Shown piece by piece: positions 25,021 to 38,576 of a DNA stretch of 64,000 bases (its first letter is position 1; each line of letters begins with the position of its first letter). Source of the stretch: Malacoraja senta (taxonomy: Eukaryota); the NCBI GenBank assembly GCA_038087875.1, contig CM075991.1, positions 744,001 through 808,000 of the forward strand. Direction: 5' to 3'. Below the pieces are notes generated by a model. That model worked only from the letters and a program-made list of their open reading frames with translations, did not search any database and was not told the origin of the DNA. A program made the translations under genes and the position numbers.

Positions 25021-25765
25021 TTCATCATCATAATCATAATAATACTTTATTAGCCAAGTATGTTTTACCACATAGGAATCTAATTTGCCATACAGTCATA
25101 CCAATAAAAAGCAACAGAACACACAAAATACATTTTAACATGAACATCCACCACAGTGACTCTACATTCCTCACTGTGATGGAAGGCAAAAAAGGGTTCA
25201 ATCTCTTCCCTTCTTTGTCCTCCCGCAGTCTGGGGCCTCGAGCCTTTAGTTGACGGGTCAATCCTGACTCCCGTAGCCGGCGGCGTTTGGGCCCGCCGCA
25301 TCGGGGCGATCGAACTCCCGCATCGGGGGAATCTCAGCTCCCCACGCCGAGCGATCGGACCCCGTGTCGGGGCTGGTCAAACTTTCTGCATCGTTGGAGC
25401 TCTCGACATCTACGGTCTCTACCCGAGACTGGAGCTCATTGATGTTAAAGTCTGTGGGCAAGAGATTGGCTTTAATGGTAAGTTCACATCCCCAAGGTGG
25501 AGCTCAAAGTCAGTCCCGAGCAAGACCTCCAGCACGATGTTAGGCTGCAGAGCGACCGGAGATACGATCCGGAAAACAATCGCATCTCCGGCAAGGTAAG
25601 AGATTGAAAAAAAAGCTTCCCTCGACCCCCCCCCCCACCCACCACATAAAACAAACCAGAGAATATTAAAACAAACTTTTATAACACACTAAAATTAACA
25701 CAAAAAAAGACGAAAAGACAGACAGACGGTTGGCGAGGCTGCCATTGTCAGTGCCCCCGGGTGGT
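25021..25765 (-). mobile_element. GC-rich non-coding retroposon
   Basis: Shared head and hairpin domain (25143-25190); tail ...catacttggctaataaagtattattatgattatga; possible TSD CTATT. Confidence 0.7.
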
Positions 25766-26188
25766 CTATTCCCAGTCTCCTTAGCCTGCCATGTCCACAT
25801 GCCACTGAAATCGCCTTTATTTAACATTAGGATCAAGTTGTAGATTTGTTTTTCTCACTAGCAAACTGAATTTGAAATTATATAATGCTCTGATCATTTC
25901 TTTGGGGATCCTTTATTAGTAGATCATTAATCTATCCTATTCTGTTCCATAACATCAAATCTGGGATTGGTTCCCCAAAGTATTGGAAATAAATAGCCAT
26001 TCAAACATGCTCCCTGAACTTATCTTCAAATTAGCAAATTGAATTGTCAAATCTATATTGCAATATATTTCCTACAAGATGCCATTATTTCTAGATTGAT
26101 GCCCATGTTTCTGTGAGTTTGCTCGATGAGCCCTATGATGTAATCCTAACACTTTCCATTGTGTAGATAGACAGTAGTGGCACAAACT

Positions 26189-26420
26189 GGGCAGCACAGT
26201 GGCATAGCAGGTAGAGCTGCCACAAAGCACCAGAGACCTGGGGTCGATCCTAATTTTGGGTGCTGTCTGTGTGGAGTTTGCACATTCTCGTCGTGATCAG
26301 GTGGGTTTCCTCCGGGTGCTCTGGTTTACTCCCACATTCCAAAGACGTGCAAGTTTGCAGGTTAATCGGCCACTGTGGGAGTGGATGAGAGAATGGGATA
26401 ACATAGAACTAGGAGAATGG
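26189..26420 (+). mobile_element. V-SINE
   Basis: gggcagcacagtggcatagcaggtagagc head and central domain. Confidence 0.75.
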
Positions 26421-26613
26421 AATGGAATGTTTGATTTATTTGTTCCTTTGTTTGAAAGGAATTTTGTTTTAATTTCTGCAAGAATTTCACAGCCTCGGGA
26501 CTCTGAGGTTTCTCCCACTGACAGTTCTCATGGACATTTAATCTTTATCCTTGTGCTGTTACTGCTCTATCTGCTCAGATACTGGACAACAACCTGTTTC
26601 TGTCCTCCCTGTG

Positions 26614-26808
26614 AGAAACACAAAATGCTGGAGTAACTCAGCGGGACAGGCAGCATCTCTGGATCGCTGGCAGCAGTCTGAAGAAAGGTCTTGACCTAAA
26701 ATGTCACCCATTCTTTCCATCCAGAGATGCTGCCTGACCCGCTGAGTTACTCCAGCATTTTGTGTCTATCTTTGGTATATACCAGCATCTGCAGTTCCTT
26801 CCTACACA
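26614..26808. mobile_element. palindromic PLE HHR element
   Basis: Antisense arm acacaaaatgctggagtaactc..., then sense unit agtctgaagaaagg...cctacaca. Confidence 0.75.
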
Positions 26809-27456
26809 CTCCATCATCCCTGTCTCGCCTGCTGTCAACACCCATCCAACAGTGTCAACATTTTAAATAGATGGCTTTTTTCTCCATGAGTGGAAGTAAC
26901 TTAAACTTTAAACTTTAAAAGAGTAGCTGTATGTCTGTACTTATTTTAGATTTTTTCCTGTGATCACTATTTTAGTTTTGGTAAAATAGCAGATCAGTTG
27001 TGAGACCATTTATCACAATCATACTTAAGAGTCTGAGAGTTTACTGGCCATTACACTGACTGATTACATGTTCTGTGACATTATTAAAGTGGTTACATTT
27101 CCTATAATCTGTGCTAAAGTGATGCAGTACATGTTCAGGTTTAATTCTGAGCTAGCTGTAAGTGAAACAACTAGTTTTCTTGCGGCTGAGGCTCTTTTAT
27201 TTTCTTTAATGCTCTATCTTTTGGTCTGTAATCTTATGGTCTTTAATTTTGCTTCTTTTTCAGTTACTTAGTCACTGATATTTAAAGCAACTTGGTGCCT
27301 CTGGCACTGGCATTTCACTGTAAATCACCCGATGACCGCTGTTTATGAAAAGGTCCACTCACGGTGACTGGGCTCAGAAGGATATGAACAAGAAATGTAC
27401 AGAGATAGTTATGTATGTTTGAAACTACTAAAATCTAATTGCAATATATTTTTCAG

Positions 27457-27531
27457 GGTTACCTTGGCTATCACTGGCATTAGCATGTTGGTGATTGGAA
27501 CAACCATTGTGGGATTTTTACCAAATGGATG
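27457..27531 (+). CDS. GPAT4: GPAT4 coding exon (hydrophobic/TM segment)
   Basis: tatatttttcag| ... |gtaaga; encodes (R)VTLAITGISMLVIGTTIVGFLPNG(W); 75 nt, phase 2-2. Confidence 0.93.
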
Positions 27532-27675
27532 GTAAGAGTGCTGTTTCTTTGTTAACAATATGGGCATTTGTAGATCTGTTCACACTGCAGTTTTCAATAA
27601 TTTTATCAATATTATCTTGTTGCTGCTTCAAATTTTGGGGAATTGTTGTATGGTGGTTAAATTAATGGACTGGTA

Positions 27676-27975
27676 ATTTAGTTTAGTTTAGCGATACCGC
27701 GCGGAAACAGGCCATTCGGCCCACCGAGTCCGAACCAACCAGTGATTCTCGCACATTATCACTATCCGACACACATTAGGGATAATTTAAATTTATACCA
27801 AGCCAATTAACCTACAAACCTGCATATCTTTGGAGCATGGGAGGAAGCCGGAGCACCCGGAGAAAATCCATGTGGTCATAGGGAGAATGTACAAACTCCA
27901 TACAGACAGCACCCGTGGTCAGGATCAAACCCGGGCCTCTGACGCTGGAAGGCAGCAAATCTACCGCTGCGCCAT
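27676..27975 (-). mobile_element. V-SINE
   Basis: (tttag)n tail and reverse-complement SINE body. Confidence 0.8.
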
Positions 27976-28179
27976 CGTACCTACCGCCCGGTAGAGATGT
28001 AAACAAATGGCTGGACCAATGCATGGGGTTAGATGGGGAAGAATTTGACAGGTGTTTTCTGAGGCGACGTGTAGGGAGTCCTAGTCGAGAGGGGTTCTAC
28101 TTGACCTTCGGGACTGAGGAAGAGCAAATGATAACAATGTCTTTGGAGGAACCCCGACTACAGTTCGGTAAGCTTCCAG

Positions 28180-29860
28180 GAAGGTTGTTGCGAAATATTG
28201 AGGGGTGGGATTGATGTTCACTTGGAAAGGCAGGGAATGAATAGGAGGAATCAATGTGAATTTGTGCAGGGGAAGATCATGTCGCACAAATCTGCATCTT
28301 TTGAGGAGGTAACTGAGAAAAGTGCTGAAGGCAGAGGGATTCATGTGGATTAGAGTAAGGTTTTTGACAAGGTCCATTGGGGTGGACATTACAGAAGGTA
28401 TGGCACAAGGGAATGAGATGTGTGACAGACTGGATCCAAGGTTGGCTTGGTGGTAAGCAGAGGGAGTGGTGGATGGGTGTTTCCATGGCCAGAAATCTGT
28501 AACATGGTGTACTGCAGGGATCAGTTCTTTGTTGTTGTAATATATTGAAATGACTTGGATGGGAATGTAGGTGTTCTGATTAGTGAGTTTGCTGACAACA
28601 TGAAAATTGGCAAAGTTGTAGATAGTGAAGAAGATTGGTCAAAGGTTATTAGCAGGACATAGATCAGGTGGAAATTTGGGCAGAGTGGTGGCATGAGTCT
28701 GAAGAAGGGTCTCGACCCGAAACGTCACCTATTCCATTTCTCCAGAGATGCTGTCTGACCCGCTGAGTTACCAGCTTTTTGTGTTGATCTCCAAAGTGGT
28801 GGCAGATGGAATTTAAGCCAGACAACTGTCGATAATGCTCTTTGTGAGGTCAAATTCTGGTACAACATATAGTGGAAATTGCAGGGATCTTGAGAGCGTC
28901 AGAGAGACTGTTGTGTGCATTCATAGACTACTGAAAGTAGCAACACAGGTGGATAGGGCAGTGAAAAATGCAGCTGTGAGAAGGGATCTTCAATGGGGGA
29001 GCCAGCGGGGCAGGTGAAGAGTCCTTGCCAAAGACCTAGACACAGTGGTGGCGAGGTGATGGAAGAAGAGCTCAATATCATGATGGTCCTGGGACTTGTT
29101 GACATGCTGGTGCAGGATTACAAAGGCAATATACTTACCTTCATAGGATGAGGCATTAAGTTCGAGAATTGGGTCACTATGTTGCAGTTTTACAAAACAT
29201 TGGTAGACCACGCTGATTGTATTGTGTACAGTTCTGGTCACCACACCACAGGAAGGATGTGATGACAATGGTGAGAGATTCATCAGGATGTTGCCAGGAA
29301 TGGAGGCTACAGTTATTAGTAGGATAGACACAGTCTGAAGAAGGGTCTCGACCCAAAACATCACCCATTCCTTCTCTCCATATAAGTAACTTAGCCTGTC
29401 CTGCTGAGTTACTCCAGCATTTTGTGCCTACCTTCAATTTAAACCAGCATCTGAAGTTCTTTCCTACACAGCTGTTTGGAGGGATCGGATTGGCTTGGTT
29501 TATAAAATCATAAATCCAATGTGAAGGCAGAGGAGATGTGGGGAACATATGTAAGCCAGTAGAAATAGAGTATGGGTGCAGGAGATAGAGCAGAAAAGGA
29601 CATCTTGAGGGGTAGTTTTTTCACACAGAGTGGTGTTTATCTGGAATGAATGGCTAGAGGAGGTGGTCGGGGCAAATGCAATTACAACATTGAAAAGGTG
29701 CTGAGACTGGTACTTGGATGGAAAGGTTTAGGCCTAATGTGGACTAATACAGGATACAGGCCTAATGTGGACTAATAGGAGAATGCAGATGAGCATCACA
29801 GTTGGCATAAAGGAGTTAGGTCAAATGGCCCATATCTCCACTGGACGATACTATGATTCT
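28180..29860 (+). mobile_element. old CR1 ORF2 relic with nested PLE units
   Basis: Decayed RT motifs (tttgctgacaac = FADN for FADD; cagttctggtcacc = QFWSP). Nested units at 28697-28791 (intact HHR core 28699-28726; TSD CA(G/A)AGTGGTGGCA) and 29332-29470. Confidence 0.75.
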
Positions 29861-30788
29861 GTCATGATCTTGCAACAACTTGCAATTATATGCAATTATA
29901 TTCCTATCACTGTTGCTTTAAAAAAAATTAACAACTTCTCTTTTGAGAAGCAAGGATAGGGAAGAATTACATTTCATGTTTTTCTTCACTCCTTACAATG
30001 CTATGTACGACAGTGATAGCAACATCTACTGAAGTGTGGATGGCCGTTGGCTCGCTAGAAGCTCATCCGCCCTTTGACAGGTCTTGTTTTTGGTCCCCCT
30101 CAAGATCTCCTTTTCTGCTCTATCTCCTGCACCCATACTCTATTTCTGCTGGCTTACATTTGTTTCCCACATCCCCTCTGCCTTCACATAGGATTTATGA
30201 TTTTATAAACCAAGCCAGTCTACAGCCCCCTCCTCACCTGGCAAACTATTGCTGGAGCTATTTCATTTGGTAAAAATCCATCTGGTTCACCAATACCCTT
30301 CCTGAATCTAGTTTGGAGAGATAATGCCCTGTTGTTATTGAGTTATAATTGGTATCTGTCGTTTTAACTTCCCTTTCTTATCCAACATTCTTGGGTCAAT
30401 AGTAATTTGGAGTGAGTTTTTCAAATTGTGTTGGCAAAGGGATGTAATGCTTGGCTGCCTGACACATGCACATGTTATTGTTTCATAGAAACCTTTTAAC
30501 ATCAATTTAGTGTTAACTCCAAATGCAACAACTTGCAATTATATGCAATTATACAGTATAACAGCTTTACCATAATAAAACACTTCCAAATGATTCACAG
30601 AACTTAGCTGACCCTGAACTCATTCTGAATTAAGTGCAGACCTCATTGAATCTTCTGGTTTAGAGGAGAATATTGTAATTTTACTGTAAAGGTTTGGAAG
30701 GGAATTGTTATTTTCTTATTCTCCAGACCACAAGTCTACTGCCTTGTATTAATCTTGCTTTCCGTACAAATTCTTCCCCTTTGCCTAG

Positions 30789-30878
30789 GTTGAAGGACTT
30801 TCTGAGCAAGCATGTACATTTGATGTGCTACAGGATCTGTGTGAGAGCACTGACTGCCATTATACACTATCATGACAG
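30789..30878 (+). CDS. GPAT4: GPAT4 coding exon
   Basis: ttcttcccctttgcctag| ... |gttggt; encodes LKDFLSKHVHLMCYRICVRALTAIIHYHD; 90 nt, phase 2-2. Confidence 0.95.
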
Positions 30879-31736
30879 GTTGGTATCTGCTGCTCAATGT
30901 AGTGCATGGCCTGATTCCAGAACAAACTTGCACTTAAGAGAGTTACCGGGTACTTGCATTTCATTTAGGAATATAAATTGGAAAGTTTGAAGAAATGTTA
31001 TATGAAAGTTTGACAGAAGGTATTTGACTCCTCTTATTGTAACATTATACGAAATACACTTGCAATTATTTTGTACCTTTTAAAATGATGAAACAACCCA
31101 CGGTGAAATATCTCACGTGCTAACTGATAAAGCTTGGCATCGTGCCAGAGAAAGGGGTATGAGATTATTAAAATCTAAAAGACCACTGAAGATTTTAAGA
31201 ATACTAGAGTTCAGTGGTACTTTATGGTCACATGTACCTAGGTGAAATTCCTTTCCTGCATTCAGTTCAGTAAAAATCACTATACATAGGTACAAACATA
31301 CCCAAGTACAGGAGTGTAGGAATAACAGATTATATATACAAAGGCAGTACACAAGAGTCGCCACATTTCCAACACCATCTTCTGCCCTACGTTCAAAGTG
31401 GTTTAGAGTCTGAACTTGGCCATAAAGGCCCATTGTCCTGACGGTGGCACTGGGTTGGTGTTAGCAGACAATGTCACTGCCCTCGAAAATAGACACAAAG
31501 TGCTGGAGCAACTCAGCATGTCAGGAGAACATGGATAGACAACGTTTTGTGTCAGGACCCTTCTTCAGACTGATCCATGGTAACATTGCCTGTTTATGTT
31601 CTCCTGAGATGCTGCCTGACCCGCTGAACTACTTCAGCACTTTGTGTTTTTTTTGTAAACGAGAATTTTCAGTTCCTTGCTTCTAGAGAGAGAAAAAATG
31701 TTGAGTGAAGAAGTTTGAAGCTTCGGGGTGAGGCAG

Positions 31737-31817
31737 CTGCAAGTGTGAGCATCAATGCTTGGTCAGTAGACTTGCAACTGCAAGTGTGAGCATCAATGCT
31801 TGGTCAGTAGACTTGCA
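31737..31817. repeat. perfect 41-bp tandem duplication
   Basis: CTGCAAGTGTGAGCATCAATGCTTGGTCAGTAGACTTGCA(A) twice. Confidence 0.9.
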
Positions 31818-32009
31818 GAGCTTGAATTTACAATGGAAGGAACATTGATATTCTGGAGGTTGGAGCTGGATGATGTGATTAAGAGAGGATTTGATAGCAA
31901 GAACGCAAATTTTAAGTTTCAAAGCATGGGCTGTGTTTGTGACGATATGAGGTGTGGAGAACAGGGTCTCGATGCCAGAAGCCAAAGTTAGTGTCATCAG
32001 TTGCCACTC

Positions 32010-34075
32010 AACAACCAGTTTGCAGACGTGAAACGTGGGATGGGCCAGGACACCTCAGCACAGCCCTTGTTCAAGGACTGATGGATGAATTGGATGCCAG
32101 AGATGAGATGTCTGTGACTGATCTTGGCAACAAAGGAGCATTTGACTGAGGGAAGCATCTGGGAGAGCTGGTAAAGCTGAGACCACGGGCACCCAGCAGA
32201 ACGGCGTCAATATTTTGGAGGCGAACCTTTTACAAAGGAAGATGGTGTTGAAGTCCAGGCTCGGGGCATCACTGCTGGAGTTCCTCAGGGCAGTGTCTAA
32301 GCACAGACATACCAAACTGTGTCCTTTGTGACTTTCCATCACTGGATAATAGCTGAGGATGTTCACAGATGGTTGTGCTGTGTTTAATTCCATTTGCAAT
32401 TCCTCAGCAAACAAAGCAATCCATGCTGCATGCAGCAAAGTCCAGGCAATGTGCAGCATGAGCTGATAAATGGCAAGTAACATACTTTACTCTGAAAGTG
32501 CCCAGCAATGCCCGGCTCTGATAAGATCATCTTCAACAAGAAAGCAGATAACCACTTTCCTTTGACATGCCCATCACTGACACTGCACCATCAGTAATCT
32601 GGGAATCACAATTGACCGGTATCTCAACTGGATTGACCGCATCAATATAGTGACTGGAACAGCAGGTCACAAGTGATTCATCATCTTACACTTTACACAA
32701 AGCCTTCCCACTGTTTACTCGGCACAAGGCAGGAGTAAGATGGAATACTGTCCACTTGGCTGGATGAATATAGCTGCAGTAACACCATGTGGTACAGAAG
32801 CAGCCCACTCAATGCATGTCTCATTATGCCACTGTAAACATGTATTCCCTCCTCTATCTCTGCACAGCGCTGCAGTGTATACTCTCTATAAACACTGCAA
32901 AACTTACTTGCCTAAGCTACGCCGACAACACCTCCCAAACCCGAGTGGTGGCACCATCGAGTGTGGCCGCCTCGCCAGCAGCTGTCTGTCCTTTCATCCT
33001 TTTTGTTATTTTTAGTCTGTCTAAAAGTTTATTTTTGGAGGTCATTTATGTGGGGGTAGTGGGGGGGGGGGGCGGGGGATACCGTCTTCTCAGTCACTAC
33101 CTGGCCGAGGATGCGTCTTTTCTCCGAGCCGCATCTCCCCCCCCCTCGCGGCTTACCATCTGGATTGGCGTGGCCTTTCCTGCCGGAGACCGGCCAGAGT
33201 TTCAGTTTCAGCGGCGGCGCAGCACTGGATTCCATCGCGGAGCGGGCGAAGCCTTACCAGGATCGCCGTGTTGGATCTCCGGAGTGTTGTGCCTGCCGAC
33301 TTTAACACCATGGAGCTGTGGTCTGCGGAGCTTCCAGCTGCGGCAGCGCTGACTTTAACATCACGGAGGCCTGGGATCTTTCGCTGAGGATCGCCAGTGT
33401 TGGAGCTCAGCCCAGCTCGGCATGTGGACTTCGGAAGCCGCGGTCTCTGGTAGGAAGCAGCCGATTCAGAAACTCCAAGCTGCTGAGAGTGTTCTTCTGT
33501 TCTGACGCCGGAGTTCCATCATCCGATCATCCCGGCGAGAGGGCCTGAAACATCGGGCCACCGTTGCAGCGACTGCGGAGGCCTCAATAGGCCCCGACCA
33601 CGGGTGAACAAGAGGAAGAGGACTGAACTTTGTTGCCTTCCCTCACAATGGGAAACGTTGATTCCGCTGTGGGGGGATGTTCTTATGTTTTATGTTAAAT
33701 TTTAAAGTGTTGTGTTTATCTTATTTGTGTGCTGCATGGTAACTCAAATTTCACTGCACCAATTGGTGTATGTGACAATAAATATCCTTTGTCCTTTGTC
33801 TTTTATCAAACCCACAGCGTCCAGCACCAGAAACAGTCTGGAGCAGCATGGGAACACCACCAACCATGTGTTACTTCCAAGTTGTGCATTATCCAGACTT
33901 GGAGATATATCGCTGTTCTTTATCACGGCTGGTTCCAAAGTCTGGAACTCCCTCCTCCACAGCACGACAAGCGTATCTTCAGAAGTTCAAGAAGCCAGCT
34001 CTCAGACCAACATCTCATTGGCAATTAGGGATATACAATAAATGGTGGCCAAGCCAGGCATGCCCCACATCTGGA
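32010..34075 (+). mobile_element. ancient CR1/L2-group LINE relic, split by the 32943-33806 insertion
   Basis: Decayed RT (ggagcatttgac, atgttcacagatg, atggaatactgtccactt = MEYCPL) and ggcaattaggg..aataaatg..ggcc tail; related relics at ~6400-7330, ~9900-11220, ~18400-18600. Confidence 0.6.
32943..33806 (+). mobile_element. GC-rich non-coding retroposon, apparently full length
   Basis: 7-bp TSD CAAACCC (32936-32942, 33807-33813); tail gtgacaataaa(tcctttg)n; hairpin domain at ~33633-33680. Confidence 0.8.
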
Positions 34076-34968
34076 AATACATCAGTGACCATTCATAATG
34101 CCACCTTCTCACCATCCTTTACAATTCTCCAACTCCTTGCCTATCTTAAATCTTTGGTTAGATGTGAATTTGCCTCTTCTGACCATTGATTTTACCTCTT
34201 CTTATTTACCTTTGGGTTTAGGTTTACTGTGGTTACATGTAAGGGGTGAAAAGCTTTGTTCGGCATGCTATCCAGGGAGATCAGATGCACCATATAAAAA
34301 TGCCCAAAGTGCTGGAGTATTCAGTGGGTCCGGCAGCATCCCTGCAAAACATGGAGAGGAGATGTTTCAGATCCAGACCCTTCTTCAGTCTGAAGAAGCA
34401 TCTCAACCCGAAACGTCTCTTATCCATGTTCTCCAGAGGATGCTGCCTGTCTCGCTGAGGGACTCCAGCACTTTGTGTCCTTTTGTTCTTTTGTATATTA
34501 ACCGGCAACTACAGTTCTTTGTTTTTATACTTTCAGATTTACTATGCATAGATATCAATAGTTCTAACTCAAGTACAGGTGTCTCACATTTTACGAGTTA
34601 CAATTTATGCTTGATTTACGAGTTTTTAGAATAACACGCTTGTCTAAATACTACCAAAGGTTAATTTACACGCTCCAATTTTTGGAATAACGCACTCAAA
34701 TTTATGCATGGCACTGTATGGCAGCATAGTCGCATGCAGTCCTGGCATCTGTTTGATGAACGTGCTTTTTGATTTACATGCTACTCATCAAGCACGTGGT
34801 GCCTGCACAGGAGGTAGAACAAAGGGGAAGATAGAGAATGCAGAATATAGTTCTCATCATTGTTGTGCATTGTGGCGCATCGGTTCGTTAGACATAGCCC
34901 AATGGCCCCAATGGGGTAGAGGTGAATCGAGCAGTACCCTGATGCCCATTCACTACCTGCTGCTCTAT

Positions 34969-35726
34969 AAACATAGAAACATAGAAAATAGGTGCAGGAG
35001 TGTGCTATACAGCCCATTCAATTTGATCATGGCTGATCGTCCAAAATCAGAACCGTGTTCCTGCTTTCTCCCCATATCCGTTTATTCCATTAGCCCTAAG
35101 AGCAATATCCAACTCTCTCTTAAAAGCATCCAGTGAATTGGCCTCCACTGCCTTCTGTGGTAGAGAATTGCACAGATTCACAACTCTGGGTGAAAAAGTT
35201 TGTCCTTATCTCAAATGACCTACCTAAATGGCCTACCCCTTATTCTTAAACTGTGACCCCTGGTTCTGGGGAACATTTTTCCTGCATCTAGCCTGTCCAA
35301 TCCCTTAAGAATTTTATATGTTTCCATAAGATTCCCTCTCATCCTTCGAAATTCCAGTGAATATAAACCTAGCTGATCCATTCTTTCATCATATGTCAGT
35401 CCCACCATCCCGGGAATTAATCTTGTGAATTTACTCTGCAATCCCTCAATAGCAAGAATGTCCTTCCTCAAATTAGGAAACCAAAATTGCACACAATACT
35501 CCAGTTGTGGTCTCACCAGGGCCCTGTACAACTGCAGTAGGACCTCCTTGCTCGTAAACTCAAATCCTCTTGCAGGCCATTTGCTTACTTCACTGCCTGC
35601 TGTACCTTCACGCTTACTTTCAGTGACTGATGTACAAGGACCCCCAGGTCTCGTTGCACCTCCCCTTTTCCTAATCTGACACCATTCAGATAATAATCTG
35701 CCTTCTTGATTTTGCCACCAAAGTGG
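34969..35726 (-). mobile_element. CR1 LINE 3' fragment
   Basis: ORF relic [29 protein letters not shown]; (ctatgttt)n tail. Confidence 0.88.
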
Positions 35727-35990
35727 CTCTCCCCAGAAATATTCTGCTTGTGGGGAGCAGGGAACAGAGTTATTTTATAATTGGAGGGTGTGGAAAGAAA
35801 GGGTGACTTGCTAAACAAATGATGGTAGAGGGATGGTGGAGGGTGGTTGCTGGAGGTGGAGAAGAATAGAAGTCTGGTGAGCAAATACATCAGCCTGTGC
35901 GTGAGGTAGGAGGTAGTGGCTGCAATGTTTCAACCAGCAATACATCGCACAGACCTTCATGTTGTATTAATTTTTTCTACTTCTTCATAG

Positions 35991-36084
35991 TGAAAACAGG
36001 CCCAAAAATGGAGGTATATGTGTTGCAAATCACACTTCTCCAATTGATGTCATCATTCTGGCCAGTGATGGCTTCTATGCTATG
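35991..36084 (+). CDS. GPAT4: GPAT4 coding exon with acyltransferase motif I (NHTSPID, catalytic HxxxxD)
   Basis: ttttttctacttcttcatag| ... |gtgagt; encodes ENRPKNGGICVANHTSPIDVIILASDGFYAM; 94 nt, phase 2-0. Confidence 0.96.
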
Positions 36085-36589
36085 GTGAGTGCTCTCCAAT
36101 TCTCCACATTCAGATCCTTACAATAAGATGAATAAATGTGATATTAAGGTCATAAGGAATAGGAGTAGAATTAGGCCATTCGGCCCATCATGTCTACTCC
36201 GCCATTCAATCATGGCTGATCTAACTCTCCCTCCTAACCCCATTCTCCTGCCTTCTCCCCATAACCTATGATAACTGTACCAATCAAGAATCTATCTATT
36301 GCCTTAAAAAATATCCACCAACTGGGATTCCACAGCCTTCTGTGGCAAAGAATTCCACAGATTCACCACGCTCTGACTAAAGATTGCCAAGTATTTTGGA
36401 CTATTCAGACCATAGCCACTTTGTTTCAAGATATCATTGTCACCTTCAATCCATTATGTTCCTGCAATACATGGTGCTTAAGTCTTTTGCAAGTTGTAAA
36501 TTGTGGAAGCTACTGAATAAAAAAGCAATTGAGGTAATTGCGGGCTGTTGAATGGAATTCCCCACCCTGCTCCGGTTTTGTGCCTGTGT

Positions 36590-37208
36590 ATTCATTGCGA
36601 GAGGATTTGAGTTTAGGAGCAAGGAGGTCCTACTACAGTTGTACAGGGCCCTGGTGAGACCACAATTTTGGTCTCCTATTTTGAGGAAGGACGTTATTGC
36701 TATTGAGAGAGTGCATCGTAGGTTCACCAGGTTAATTTCCGGGATGGCGGGACTGATGTATGATGAAAGAATAGGTCGACTGGGCTTGTATTCGCTGGAA
36801 TTCAGATGGATGAGAGGGTTTCTTGTAGAAACATATAACATTCTTAGAGGATTGGACAGGGTAGATGTAGGAAACATGTTCCTGATGTTGGGGGAGTCCA
36901 GAACCAGGGATTACAGTTTAAGAATAAGGGGTAGATCATTTAGGACTGAGATGAGGAAAAACTTTTTGACCCAGACAGTTGTGAATCTGTGGAATTCTCT
37001 GCCCCAGAAGGCAGAGGAGGCCAATTCACTGGATGTTTTCAAGAGAGAGTTAGATTTAACTCTTAGGGCTAAAGGAATCAAGGGATATGGGGGAGAAGCC
37101 GGAACGGGGTACTGATTTTGGATGATCAGCCATGATCATATTGAATGGTGGTGCTGGCTCGAAGGGCCAAATGGCCTACTCCTGCACCTATTTTCTATGT
37201 TTCTATGT
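36590..37208 (+). mobile_element. CR1 LINE 3' fragment
   Basis: ORF 36552-37115 FIARGFEFRSKEVLLQLY...VVNLWNSLPQ...GIKGYG; tail ttttctatgtttctatgt. Confidence 0.9.
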
Positions 37209-38576
37209 ATCTTTAACAATGTTGGGTTCATCTTCTCCAGATTCTTTTCTAATATTTTAAATATGTACATGGTTATAGCATCATACAGCACTTCATCTCT
37301 CGATGTCCATGTTAACCATCTTTCCTGATCCTATTTATTGGCTCTTGCCCCATACCCTTTTATGCCTTGATAATTCAAGTGTTCATCCAGATACTCTTAC
37401 TGTTGAGACAACTTGGGCTGTGCATTCCAGTTCATAACCACCCTCTGGATGTAATAACTATTCCTCAGATATTCTCTAACCCGTTTACTCCTCACCCTAA
37501 AGTGGTGCCCTCTGGTTTAAGATTAACAGTTATTGCTTTTACATTCTATGCATTTAACTATAAACCCAAGATATTCATAGGTTTAAATTGTTAGAGGGAT
37601 ATGGACCAAATGTGTGCAAATGGGACCAGCTTTATGGGCCAACTTGGGCGGAATGGGAAGAATTGAGCCAAGGCGCCTGTTTCCGTGCTGTGTGGCTCTA
37701 TATGGGTCTTTAATCATGTATCGACTTTTCCTGACAACTTTAAGCTGTTATACATGGCCACCAGGCTGGCTCCCTGCTAATCCATACTTGCTAACATGAC
37801 ACCTTTCAAAGTATATAGTCTTTTCACATTAGTCCCATTAAAGTACATTGCTTTCCTTTTATGTTTTTAATATGAACAAGCAACACTGATTTTTAAAGCC
37901 TGGTGACATCTTTTTTTAAATTGCAAATTTTCTTCAGCTTTTTACGTATAACTTTGAAGAGAATGAATGTGACTAAATTGGCTCTTATTTAAATGTGTAT
38001 GGAGTTCAGAATGGATGAAGGATAAGGTTGGAATGGTCATCAAATTGGCAATCTTGCAGAAGAACATAAAAAAAGGAAAACCTGTTTATTTCTTTGTAAG
38101 CCTCACCTTTTCAACATTTTTTCTCCCTCCTCTCTCTGAATTGAGCACATCCAATTGAGTTCTGACGTTATTTAGTTTGGCCACTTCATGGTTTTCCTTG
38201 GCACTCGGGTCAGCGTGGCTGAATTGGTAGATTCTCCACCCTTGGTCAAGGAATATGGAATTTATACCCATAAATTGGGTGTAAGCAAATATCTTGCAAT
38301 GCTTCTAAGATCAATGTCATGAGTGTTGCTATTGGAAGTTGTAGATTTGCCTGTACTATTGTTATCAAAATAAGCAAAAACCTGTTCTATTGTAATGCTC
38401 TTTATGGGATGTTATGTGACTGTTGTACGTCTCCACAAAGGAAACAATTGTATATTTTCGAGTGACATGGCAAAAAATGAACATTACTATTGACTGAGTT
38501 ATTAAAATGTCAATTCCTTTTCCATGTGCAGTGTTGCTTCTCCTTCCTCTAGTATAAACAAGCTGAGGATAACGGA

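Noticed and set aside
25575..25610. U1 snRNA-like 5' motif (cttacct.gc..gagat) in the GC-rich retroposon, also near 33095
   Set aside because: Only a short gapped resemblance, with no U1 stem-loops or Sm site.
34574..34710. Tigger/Tc1-like terminus (TA|CAGGTGTC...TTACGAG), similar at 60285-60320
   Set aside because: No matching second TIR could be identified; too weak to call.
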